DNA from: Tubiluchus corallicola
Lineage: Eukaryota; Animalia; Priapulida
Length of the DNA stretch: 64,000 nucleotides
Reading direction: 5' to 3'
Assembly: GCA_030141605.1 (NCBI GenBank)
Contig: JAQGDQ010000639.1
Span: 57,124 to 121,123 of the forward strand
In this document: piece after piece, positions 12,427-24,092 of the stretch
How positions within the stretch are numbered: the stretch's first letter is position 1
Layout of the letters: each line of letters starts with the position of its first letter
Notes under the pieces: model-generated
Seen by the model: the letters and a program-made list of their open reading frames with translations, nothing else
Told to the model about the DNA's origin: nothing
Database searches by the model: none
Made by a program: the position numbers and the translations under genes

Positions 12427-13148
12427 GTGTGCTTGCAAGTTTACCAAAATCGTCCGTAAGTTAGCACAGTTGAAACTACGTTATGATGCCTCAACATAGC
12501 AAAGTGTGATGCACCAAAAATTTGGCCAAATGTCAATGCTAAATATGTTGCACTTTAATATTCTACCACCAAATTGTCATTTATACCCCGTACCCACATC
12601 TCTCGCTAAAAGCTAGTACCACAATCGAGAAAAACTTTTATTTTCAAACTCCAATAAATATAATAGCTCATGAAAGCTGTCATTTTGCATCGTGTTTTTT
12701 CTCTTGCCAAGCCCAGATCTTCGTCAGGAAGAGCCATCTACTGGATTTAAACATAACTTCATTGTGTTTTTACAAAGTCGGTAGCAACCAATATTTGTGC
12801 GGTTGCTAAGTGTTTTCCAGAAACGCCATAAAAAACAATGGCTAACTTAGAGAGATTTTCTCAAGGTTATGTTTTTTAGTGTGTAGCCTGCACCTCAACT
12901 TCACAGTGCTCTTGTAAGGTCCATAGCAACCACACTTTCTTACGGTTGCTAAGTGTTTTGTAGAAATGACACAAAAAACAATGGCTAACTTTAAGAGAGA
13001 TTTTCTCAAGGTTACGCTTTTCAGTGTGCAGCCTGCACCTCAACTTCAATGTGGATTATCTCAGCTTAGAAATTGAGATTCAGGATATGTAAATAACTAG
13101 AAAAGCATAATTGCCAACTTATGGACGATTTTGCTGTGCAAGCACACA
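12427..13148 (-). mobile_element. TIR MITE, family C, copy 2 (with internal ~125-bp duplication)
   Basis: GTGCTTGCA..CAAAATCGTCCGTAAGT ... ACTTATGGACGATTTTG..TGCAAGCAC; reverse complement of 8316-8965. Confidence 0.7.
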
Positions 13149-13273
13149 TTTTAACATTTTAAGATTAATCAGTTATCGCTGATTATAGGATTACTGTTCA
13201 TTTCCTCTTCTCAAGCGTTGCACTTATTTAAAATCAATCCACCCTGTGCATCCAAAACCGTCCCGTTTATTAA

Positions 13274-13766
13274 AGGAAAACCGGACAATTCATTAGACTC
13301 AATCTCATTTTAATATACTGTCCAAAATATACATTTTCTTGCCTATAAAGGTTAACAATTGTTCCTTATATTTGAATAATTACCTTGCAAAGTTAATTAA
13401 CGGCAACCGAACAGCTATTGCTTACGTCAGAAACTAACCAGTTTGTGCAATGGCAGGCATCTTCCCTTGCGCATCAAGCACGTTTGCATAATGTAACTGC
13501 TTAAACACGTGATGTCACGAAAATGGCCTCTACGTCATATGACGTCAGAAACTAACATTACAATCATGGTTATCACGGTACCACCTTCTATTTGTCAAAT
13601 GTGACTCATTGAAAGCGCATAGCTTTGGAAGTTTAACAAAACCTGAGTATCCGAGGTAATTATTATTTATGCTAAGTTTTGATTTAAAAGAAGCTGTTGT
13701 AGTTTGCAATATTTTAGAGCATTTCTTTATTTTGAACTATTGTTTACACAATCGTCCGGTTTTCCT
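13274..13766. mobile_element. TTAA-flanked MITE (Kolobok/T2-like) between divergent TASP1 and ZNF genes
   Basis: TTAA(13270-73)-AGGAAAACCGGAC ... GTCCGGTTTTCCT-TTAA(13767-70); perfect 13-bp TIR. Confidence 0.75.
13384..13655. promoter_or_regulatory. Candidate bidirectional promoter and first non-coding exons
   Basis: CRE TGACGTCA 13540-47, direct repeat ACGTCAGAAACTAAC (13423, 13542), E-box CACGTG 13506, YY1-like AAAATGGC. Outward donors AAG|GTAATT (-, 13383) and GAG|GTAATT (+, 13656). Confidence 0.45.
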
Positions 13767-15289
13767 TTAATAGCAGATGTGTTACAATTATTGAATCAAA
13801 ATACAAACAAAAGTAAATTGAGTTTTACCAATAATTTTGCAGCAGTAAAAAATAAAACTCTACATAATGTTATAACAGCAAATACTGAAATAAGTAATTA
13901 GTTGCACTTAGATATTCGCCTTAATGCAGCTTACACGTGAGCAATGTGGCTTATTTTTGTACGGCACAAGTAGCCAAGAGCAGCGCATCTTCCACGACTC
14001 AATCAGCCCAGTGTCTTGAGATTAGATTTATTTATTTCCAGGTTTACTTCAAAAAGGGTGAGCATCCAACGTCCGAATCGAAGTTTTTTTTGAATAATTT
14101 TGCACTAGCTTAAGTCAATCACACGCAATGCTTGTAATAAAATCACTTGAAATGTCATACAATTAGCACAATTTAGTAGCAATTTCCGAGTACAATTTTT
14201 AAAGAAATTGCAGAACAATGAGCTTTCTAAGACCACTTTTTACTGGTTGTTCGAAAATCTTTCAAACTTATTTTAAATTCGATTCGAATTCCAAATACTG
14301 AAATTTGGCTTAATTAGAATTTGGAAGCCACAAATTTTATTTGCTTCAAATTCGCCTTTTGGTAGGGAATGCTTTCAGCTTTTTAGTTTGAATAAAAATT
14401 ACTTTTTAAGAGTAAAATTATAGATAAAGAAATTTACATCTTGAAAGTCGACCAAAAGCACTTTATCAATAAAACATTTGAAACATCATGCAATGCATAT
14501 CCTTGTTTGTAAAAAATATCTTCATATTTTTAATCTTTTATAATTTGAAAAATTTCCAGATCTGCTTTCTCCTGGAGATGAAAATTTTGCTTGTAACTCA
14601 ACCAGCATGCACTTGACCAGTAGGGATGAGCATCGAACATTTGAGTTCTAACATTAGATTTCGATTTGAACCTAAAACTGTATATCAAATAATTCAGCAC
14701 TTCAGCCTCATATTCGTTCTTTATCATTAAAACGTTTGAAACATTATGCAATTAGCATAATTTAGCTGTGATTTCTGTGCACAATTTTTAAGCAAATTGT
14801 TTGTAGTTTTACTACAGAACAGAATTTTAATATGCATGATCTTTGTAAGACCAATTTTTGTTGGTAGTTCGAAAGCTTATTCAGTCTTGATTTTGTATCG
14901 AAACACTGAAGTTCAGTTGGACTCAAATTTGAATGTTACTAATTCGGCTCGATTCGAATTAACTTCTGGTAGAGAATCGTTCCTAGTGGACAGTCTGATG
15001 TCCTTAAGTAGAGCTGGGACGAAGACGTTTGAGAGTCTTATGCAGCAAAGACTACCCGCATTGCTAATACAAAAATGTTAAAATTAATAAGATCAGTGTC
15101 TTTGAAAAGCATCGATTTCAGGTTTATGATTTGCTTTTAATGTTCAGAGCTCAGAGTTATACAGAAATACAGTTTCAACTAAGGCTGAGAATATTCTAAT
15201 TTTTGTTTCCAAAGAAATCTTCCTATTCTCAAAAACTTTTGTGAGTTTTGAGTAAGCTGTTAACTCCTTATTTTTTGACCTTATCTTGC

Positions 15290-15530
15290 TTCTTGGTATG
15301 TCGTCTTCTGTTGCCAGCAGCCTACCGAGATACTTGCATCTTTGCCATGATTCATCACCATGGCGTGTTATATGAAACTTCAGGTTTGTTTTTGTTTACA
15401 ACGAGATCCATTCTGTTCAGTTTCTCCTCTATGGACTTTTTTATTTCATCTACTTCTTTGTTTCTTGTAACCCATGCCACATCATCAGCATACTGCATAG
15501 ATATAGTACTTGACTTACTTTGTAGAGAGC
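15290..15530 (-). mobile_element. Degraded LINE reverse-transcriptase fragment
   Basis: Minus strand reads SMQYADDVAWV (YADD motif) followed by an L..N..KPE-like segment. Confidence 0.55.
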
Positions 15531-15874
15531 TGTAACTGTGTTCTTGTCTTACTTCAGTCGGTATTAATTCAGGATCAAGGATTGTGGAGTTGTGATCATC
15601 TAGGTCTTATCATTTTATTCAATGGTATCACTTTCAAAAAATTAAATTATGTTTGTTATGAAGGGACTGATTTCCTTTCACTAGAATGTATTTGCCATGT
15701 CGCTGAATATTATCTTTTTGGGAAGTGGGAACAAGGATATTATCGCCATTTCTTTTCTGCATTCAAGAGAGGTTTGTTAACCAAAATTGTCATTAATAAA
15801 ATATATTGAAAGTTTTTATTGAGCTATTTAATGCACTAACGTTTCAGAACAAACGAGAAGAATTTGAGCTGGCA

Positions 15875-17173
15875 ATGAAAATGAGCTCTGCAAAACGTCT
15901 CTATTATAAATGCACTGCTTGTTCCGATTGCTATGAGACAGAGAAAGACTTTTTTCGTCATGCAATGCAAAACCATTGTATTATGATTACATGTGAAAAT
16001 GACCAAGCTGCCGCTAGTAAACCTGACAGTCCCAGACATTTGAGTACTTCTTTACCAACACTTGTTGATGATGATGATGCACACGATAATAGGCTTAGTG
16101 GTCGCAACAATGACAAATTTCTCTCAAATTCTGCTCCTAATTGTGACTTAGTGTGCCAAGACACAAGCAATTCTGATACTGCAAAATCGTCTGGTAGTGG
16201 TTTCAATTTAAACCTTAGCGGTGTATTTCAGCAAGGCCTTCAACAACAGTGGTCCGATTCAACAAACGTGTTGTGCACTTTTCCAAAATTGACTGGTACT
16301 ACTGTCGTGAATGAAACTGTAATAATAGTAGGTCATGACACGGAAACGACAACTGAAGAAGTTACGGCGTTTCCTTGCCGTTTTTGTGGTAAACATTTCA
16401 GTGCAGAAAGAAAATTGGCACGCCACACGGAACGCCAACACACAAAAAGGAAATCCTACTCCTGCATAGTGTGTGATAAAACATTCACCTCGGCCGAATC
16501 GTGCAGAAATCACGCTTTAATACATGCTAATCAATTTCCGTACGAATGCCAGGTGTGTCACAAGCGTTTGAGGTACCAAATCACTTTGAAGCGGCACATG
16601 CAACTGCACGATGGTGTGACGCATGAGTGTGCCGTGTGTCACAAGCAGTACAATAGCGTCTATCACTTGCAACAACATGCCAGATGTCATACTTGCCAAA
16701 ACCAGAAGCCTTTTGAGTGTCAAATTTGTCACAAGTGGTTCGCCAATAGAAGTGGGCTGAAAACGCATAATATTATGAATGCACACCTCCCAGATCAGTC
16801 AAAGCTTCACAAATGTCAGCTTTGTCAGAAGAGCTTTAAGCTTAAATCATCTATAAGGAGACATATTCAGCACTGCCACAGAAATTCCCATCCTAATGCA
16901 ATCCTTGAACCCTCCGAGTCACACGAGTGTCCAGTGTGCCACAAGCACTTTTCAACAAAGCAAACTTTGCAGCAGCATACCATTGTTCATACAGGCGAGA
17001 AACCTTTTAGTTGTGAGATCTGCAATAAAAGATTTCCGTGGAGGGGTTCATTAAACACCCACCTGCTGTCTCATCCCGAGTGGAGACCACACAAATGTAA
17101 CGTGTGCGCTAAAATGTTTTCCATGAAACAGCACTTGCTTGCACATGCTAGAGTGGTTCATGATCAAGTGTGA
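15875..17173 (+). CDS. C2H2 zinc-finger protein (10 fingers in the open frame), single coding exon
   Basis: CxxC..H...H repeats and an HTGEKPF linker; acceptor TTTCAG at 15847 precedes ATG at 15875. Confidence 0.85.
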   Translation: MKMSSAKRLYYKCTACSDCYETEKDFFRHAMQNHCIMITCENDQAAASKPDSPRHLSTSLPTLVDDDDAHDNRLSGRNNDKFLSNSAPNCDLVCQDTSNSDTAKSSGSGFNLNLSGVFQQGLQQQWSDSTNVLCTFPKLTGTTVVNETVIIVGHDTETTTEEVTAFPCRFCGKHFSAERKLARHTERQHTKRKSYSCIVCDKTFTSAESCRNHALIHANQFPYECQVCHKRLRYQITLKRHMQLHDGVTHECAVCHKQYNSVYHLQQHARCHTCQNQKPFECQICHKWFANRSGLKTHNIMNAHLPDQSKLHKCQLCQKSFKLKSSIRRHIQHCHRNSHPNAILEPSESHECPVCHKHFSTKQTLQQHTIVHTGEKPFSCEICNKRFPWRGSLNTHLLSHPEWRPHKCNVCAKMFSMKQHLLAHARVVHDQV

Positions 17174-17670
17174 CAAGTGCAACAAATCCTTTATTAACAG
17201 CAAAAAAATTTAAAGTTACACGTGATGGCAGTTCATTTGTTACCAAAACCTAAAAAGCTGCGAGTCCAGAAACCAAAACCCTGCATTTGTGAAGTCTGCA
17301 ACTTCGACAGCCAGTGTCCTTAAAGTTCATATGAGAACTCACACTGGCAAGAAACCTTACGAATGTAAAGTGTGCTCAAAAGCTTTTAATACTGCGGGCA
17401 CCCGTGCTGTGCACTACCAAGCAGTACATTCAAATGTGCGCAATGCCAAGTGCGAGGAGTGCGGATTTTATTGCCTTAATCAAACTCACTTATATAAACA
17501 CATGATCACTCACAGCAATAAGCAACCGTTTCAGTGCAGTGCCTGCCTGATGTGTTACAAAAACTAGAAGTCACGCTGAAGAGGCACACCATTCAATCTT
17601 GTCGTGGCGAACTCTCTACAAACCGAATAAAACGGTCACAAAACGAATCAACATACCACAGCAACCTGTA
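17164..17670 (+). pseudogene. Frameshifted continuation of the zinc-finger array (about 5 more fingers)
   Basis: KCDKCNKSF../LKLHVMAVH, CEVC../LKVHMRTHTGKKPYECKVC..HYQAVH, CEEC..HMITH and CSAC../TLKRH lie in changing frames. Confidence 0.75.
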
Positions 17671-18129
17671 GAACTATTGCAGAAACAAAAAGAGGAACTG
17701 CCCCCTGCTAAAACTAGAGCAGTTTCCGAATTGACTTTGTTTGCTGTTAAATTTTCCGTTCAGACTGATGTGATTGATGATGTGATTGTGGTTTTTGATG
17801 GAAGCAGTTGTAGCTCTTTGAACCAGAAACAGCACCATATGTGAGGATATTGTTTAAACTACGTACAACTCAAATTCTTGCGTTGTGGAACAGTTTCTGG
17901 AAGAGCTTTTTCCCTTCATTTATCCCTTTAACAAATATCGTGTAACTCGAAATGTGTAACTCAAATTATCGACCGATTTGCTAGTACTATTCCTGAGAAT
18001 CTGACTGATATTACCGCGTCTATCTCAAATAGTCTCTCAGTCGAGAAGTTGTATGCGGAAGTCTGCATCACATTATGATTTTAACTGCTAGTTTTACCAA
18101 AAATGGTAAGATCTTTTGTGTCACCTTAC

Positions 18130-18485
18130 CAGAAAGCTACACACAACATGGCTTAAATCATTAGAAAACATTCCACACACACAAGGCTTAAAAAATTCTT
18201 CTTGAAATTTTATACCACTTACGTACTGCCTTTTTGCATGCAGGGCTTGTGTTGGCAGTAGCGCTGTTTAAAACTTATAAATTTAAATTTCCATAATCAC
18301 CGTTAGACGCAGTCATTTTGACAATAACTCATTAGAAATAAGTTTAGATAACACTGAGTAAAGTTTCAAAAATAACCAGAGCATGCGTAGCGCATATGTC
18401 ACTAAATTACTTTATCTTATCAATAAGATTAAAAATAAGTTTTTTGGTTAGTGAGTCGCGTACTCTGGAGGACATTTTACCAATC
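18130..18485 (-). mobile_element. Repeat family B fragment (second fragment at ~19195-19540)
   Basis: Reverse complement of the CCAGGGTGCACCACTCAC..TTTTTAATCTTATTGACAAGATACAGTAA block seen at 31150, 47380 and 51820. Confidence 0.65.
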
Positions 18486-19852
18486 ACGCCTAAAGTGTCG
18501 ATTTTGCAATAAAATCTATGAAATGCCACCTCTCAAAGAATCACAAAGTGACAATTAAAAACATAAAGACAAGAACTTTTCATAGTCTAATGCATTTTAA
18601 ACTGATTTTTCTGCCCAGGTGTTTTCCAGAAAAGATTTGAGGACAAAGGGTCAGAGTGTACAATTTTTACCATGTCTACTTGCGCTATACGGGCGATAAA
18701 GAGTGTTATTCTGTTTATTTTGTTTTAAAATGAGTTCCTTTTTACGAATTTACGATTACTTATTCAGGAACAGAATAGGAGAAAGTTTGAAACTTGCTAA
18801 CGGTTTGGTATTTTGAAGGATTTGAATTATCGTTCATCTTTCGGGGAACAAAGAAGGACTACAAAAATTGACACACACACTCCGAAGATAATGATGCCCT
18901 ACTACATGTGCTGGCTTGTTATTTATAGCATGGCCAGCTATAACGACCTGTGGTGTGTTATCGCCCTTTGATTGAACTGTCACAGGAGATGGATATGAAC
19001 AGTGAAGCGCACAGATTTTCAAAAGGACAGATGCTCAACTAAGAGAAAGGGCACTCCTTTAAAACTGCCATGCCGTATAAGTTATATTTAACGTGCATAC
19101 GCAAAAAATATAAGTAATATGTGCTAGATAAAAAAACCCACGTGAAAAGAGTACGCTACACAAGATCTTATATTAGTAAGAGAATGATAGTAAGCCTAAG
19201 ATTAAAACACAAGAAAACCCTCGTTTTTCACAAATCTTAAAAGATTCGTCTTGAAATGATACACCACTTTACATACTGCCTTTTTGCATGCAGGGCTTAT
19301 GTCTGTAGTAGCACTTTTTAAAACTTGCAAATTTAAAATCCCGTTAGATGCAGCCATTTTGATGATAAGAAACGAGTTAGATAACACTGAGTAAAGTTTG
19401 AAAAATCATCATAGCATTGGTAGCGCATACGTCATTAAGTAAAATTTAAAATTACTGTATCTTGTCAATAAGATTAAAAATATGTTTTTTGGTTAGTGAG
19501 TGGTGCACCCTGGACATGAGTCAATGACATTTTGCCAATTAGTGAAAAATGATAGGGTAGAAAATGTTAAATGGTCAACTCTGATATAAGAACTGTCTTT
19601 TGATTTCATTTTGTTCAGAGAGTTGGCCAGCAGGATGTTGCTTTGGTTACTTTTGTAATCAATTTCATTCCCTGCGGTAGTAGCATTTTCTTTTTCTCTT
19701 CATTTTCTTCTATTGCACAAAAATGTTAAAATTCCTTGTCTCAGAACCTCAGAACTGTTTCTGCTGCAACTATTTAAAAAACACTTAAAGACACTTTACT
19801 TTAAAAATTATTATGATGAATTCAAACTATTGTAAACTTCAATAATGACTTC

Positions 19853-22110
19853 AAATCACTTCTTTTTAAAATACAAGGATAAAAATGCACTTTTAAGCTG
19901 TTACTGCGGTTATTGAGTATTTAAATAGTAAGAACATGATGTAGTGCTTATTGCTGTGGTAATCAAGCCAAAATTGTTGTTTGAGATTAAATACTAGTCT
20001 GAGTTGGGAAAAATGTTTAGCCACTGAATATGTTGCAAACAGAGCTTGTGTGAATGTAGGTACCAATATAAAATGTGGCATAAACTTCATCTCCTGTTTT
20101 TAGATTAAGAATAACAGATAAGCAGTGAATTAATATTCTAGTTACAGAAGGCAATTTCAAAACTTGTTAATAAGTCTTTTATAGTTGCCATTCACCTATC
20201 TCATCTGAGGAATGAGTAGATATAAAAAATCACTTCTTTTTAAAATACAAGGATAAAAAAGCGCTTTTAAGCTGTTACTGTGGTTATTGAGTATTTAAAT
20301 AGTAAGAACATGATGTAGTACTTCTTGCTGTGGTAATCAAGCCAAAATTGTTGTTTAGGATTAAATACAAGTCTAAGTTGGGAAAATTTTTTAGCCAACT
20401 AGGTAGCCATTGAATATGTTGTGAACAGAGCTTGTGGGTACCAATATAAAATGTGGCATAAACTTCATCTCCTGTTTTTAGATTAAGAATAACAGATAAG
20501 CAGAGAATTAATATACTAGTTACTGAAGGCAATTGCAAAACTTGTTAATAAGTCTTTTATAGTTGCCATTCACCTATCTCATCCAAAGAATGAGTAGATA
20601 TAAAAAAAATCACTTTTTTTAAAATACAAGGATCAAAAGGCACTTTTAAGCTGTTACTGCGGTTATTGAGTATTTAAATAGTAAGAACATGATGTAGTGC
20701 TTCTTGCTATGGTAATCAAGCCAGAATTGTTGTTTGGGATTAAATACAAGTCTAAGTTGGGAAAAATGTTTAGCCAACTAGATAGCCATTGAATATGTTG
20801 TGAACAGAACTTGTAGGTACCAGTATAATATGTGGCATAAACTTCGTCTCCGGTTTTTAGATGAAGAATAACAGATAAGCAGTGAATTAATATACTAGTT
20901 ACAGAAGGCAATTTCAAAACTTGTTAATAAGTCTTTTATAGTTGCCATTCTCCAATCTCATCCAAAGAATGAGTAGATATAAAAAAATCACTTATTTTTA
21001 AAATACAGGGATCAAATGGCGCTTTTAAATTGTTACTGTGGTTATTGAGTATTTAAATAGTAAGAACATGATGTAGCGCTTTTTGCTGTGGTAATCAAGC
21101 CAGAATTGTTGTTTGGGATTAAATACAAGTCTAACTTGGGAAAATTTTTTAGCCAACTAGGTAGCCACTGAATATGTTGTGAACAGAGCTTGTAGGTACC
21201 AATATAATATGTGGCATAAACTTCGTCTCCGATTTTTAGATTAAGAATAACAGATAAGCAGTGAATTAATATACTAGTTACAGAAGGCAATTTCAAAACT
21301 TGTTAATAAGTCTTTTATAGTTGCCATTCTCGAATCTCATCCAAAGAATGAGTAGATATTAAAAATCACTTCTTTTTAAAATACAAGGATCAAAAGACAC
21401 TTTTAAGCTGTTACTGCGGTTATTGACTATCTAACTAGTAAGAACATGATGTAGTACCTCTTGCTGTGGTAATCAAGCCAGAATTGTTGTTTGGGATTAA
21501 ATACAAGTCTAAGTTGGGAAAAAATGTTAGCCAACTACATAACCACTGAATATGTTGGAAACAGAGCTTGTAGGTACCAATATAATATGTGGCATAAACT
21601 TCATCTCCAGTTTTTAGATTAAGAATAACAGATAAGCTGTGAATTAATATACTAGTTACAGAATGCAATTTCAAAACTTGTTAATAAGTCTTTTATAGTT
21701 GCCATTCACCTATCTCATCTGAGGAATGAGTAGATATAAAAATCATTTATTTTTAAAATACAAGGATCAAAAGGCACTTTTAAACTGTTACTGCTGCGAT
21801 TGAGTATTTAAATATTAAGAACATGATGTACTGCTTCTTGCTGTGGTAATCAGACCAGAATTGTTCTTTGGAATTAATTGCAAGTCTAAGTTGGGAAAAT
21901 TTTTTAGCCAACTAAATAACCACTGAATATGTTGTGAACAGAGCTTGTGTGAATGTATTTACCAATATAAAATGTGGCATAAACTTCATCTCCTGTTTTT
22001 AGATTAGGAATAACAGATAAGTAGTGAATTAATATACTAGTTACAGAAGGCAATTTCAAAACGTGTTAATAAGTCTTTTATAGTTGCCATTCACCTATCT
22101 CATCCAAAGA
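19853..22110 (-). repeat. Six ~379-bp tandem units, each carrying a C1q terminal exon plus flanks
   Basis: Units start at ~19853, 20227, 20607, 20986, 21363, 21740. Minus strand encodes SVILNLKTGDEVYATFYIG..IFSGYLVG*; units 2-5 share an 8-bp deletion. Confidence 0.9.
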
Positions 22111-22315
22111 ATTACTAAGTTATGAATGTGTTAGAATTGATGTAGACACAGTGGCTCATTGCAAACAGTTTACTAAACAAGCTTACCTGGATGAGTGAGA
22201 TACGCAACAAAATTCCCATTATGCGTAAGATGGGCAACAACACCTGATGAGCTACTGTTCACCCTTAGATTCACTTCAAATGGGTATATACCTGTGACAG
22301 GCGCTGTGAATTTTC
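21903..22315 (-). pseudogene. Duplicated last two exons of the C1q-domain gene
   Basis: Exon 22187-22315 (GKFTAPVTGIYPFEVNL...HNGNFVAYLTHP) is identical by eye to 24376-24504; in-frame terminal exon at ~21903-22062. Confidence 0.65.
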
Positions 22316-23258
22316 CTGTAAAGTAAAAAACCAGATTAATGTTTATGTCTTTATCTAATGTATAAATTTAATAAAAAAGCATTCAAAAGTTAATCCAAAG
22401 GTGCACTTATGTTGTCTTTGTGCTTTTGTTGTGTAATGTAATGTAAAATATGTACTATAGTAAATAAAATCTTACCGCGCTGAAGAAAAATATGCATTTA
22501 AAAATCAAAATACTGAACTGATGTCTATTTACAACAGAGGCAGGGAGGATGATACTGCAGCCCTAACAGAGTTGTGTTGCACGTTTATGCTTAAGCTAAA
22601 TATTTAAGCTGAAACGATATTATTGATTCAGATAATTGAAATTAAATCGATTTATTAGAAAGCACATTGCGTACACATGAGTATGAACAGAGCTGGATAA
22701 GAGAACACCACTGACCACTGACCACTGCCGATCATCTACAGTACACCTTCCATTTTTATATGCCCCCTTTCTGCAGGTGATTAGTTGTTTTTGCTACTAG
22801 ACAGTCAGAATTTGTTTATCTGTTTTAGATAAAGGCACATTCACATGCATACCTGAGAGGTTTACTGTATTCCCTTGCCAGCATTTAAGTTTAATCATCT
22901 TTAATTTCATTCTTTCTTTAATTTAATTTTAATTTTTGTCATCAGCCTAATCCAGCACTGAGCTTGCTTTCCATCCATGCCCCCTCAATCCAGACAAAGA
23001 AGTCCCCTCTTTGATTGGGATGAAGTGCGAAACACCTTCCTCAGAGTCTAAAATGCAAAGTAGACCAAAAAACTTAGTCTTAGCTCTAAACACTCATGCA
23101 TAACAATTACTGAATTCAAAATTAACAGTTGAAATCAATCCCATGTTCTTGTTCAATAAAGTTAAAGTCAATCGTCGTATTTCACGTAACAACAGTTTTT
23201 TTATAACAGCGAATCGACCCGGAAAACTTCCAAGTACGTCTCAGTTGTCTCTGTAAAT

Positions 23259-23683
23259 CAGGGGTGTGCAAATTATCTGACTAGACGGGCCACATTAAAC
23301 ATTCCTGCGGGCCACATGCAGTTTGGTCAAGGAGCCAAGTACAGTAGGACCTAATAACGATTTTTTTCATCCGATTTGCACACATCATTACTACTGCACT
23401 ACTACACTCAAGAAACTATTTTAGCAGTCTATATAAAATTTATATTAAAAACCATATATTTCGTCATGTCTGACAGTGACATTAAGTGATAACGGTCTTG
23501 TAAGGGTTAATGCCATCCGATCTAGAGGAAAAAACTACCCGCACTATCTTTGCGATATTGGCGTAGACTTCAGCTGGATCGCGTGGGCCGCACTTTCATT
23601 ACATTGACAAACCTCTTCGCGGGCCGCACAAGATCTCTCGGTGGGCCGCAAGTGCCCCGCGGGCCGCAGTTTGCACACCCCTG
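23259..23683. mobile_element. hAT (Charlie-like) MITE
   Basis: TIR CAGGGGTGTGCAAA...TTTGCACACCCCTG, subterminal GCGGGCCGCA motifs, 8-bp TSD CTGTAAAT; empty site at ~26035 in the paralogous segment. Confidence 0.92.
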
Positions 23684-24092
23684 CTGTAAATGATGTAAAA
23701 AATTTTAGCCAACTAGATAACCACTGAATATGTTGGAAACAGAACTTGTGTGAATGTAGGTACCAATATAAAATGTGGCATAAACTTCATCTCCTGTTTT
23801 TAGATTAAGAATAACAGATAAGCAGAGAATTAATATACTAGTTACAGAAGGCAATTTCAAAACTTGTTAATGAGTCTTTTATAGTTGCCATTCTCCAATC
23901 TCATCCAAAGAATGAGTAGATGTAAAAAAAATCACTTCTTTTTAAAATACAAGGATCAAAAGACACTTTTAAGCTGTTACTGCAGTTATTGAGTATCTAA
24001 CTAGTAAGAACATGATGTAGTGCTTCTTGCTATGGTAATCAAGCCAGAATTGTTGTTTAGGATTAAATACAAGTCTAAGTTGGGAAAAAATT

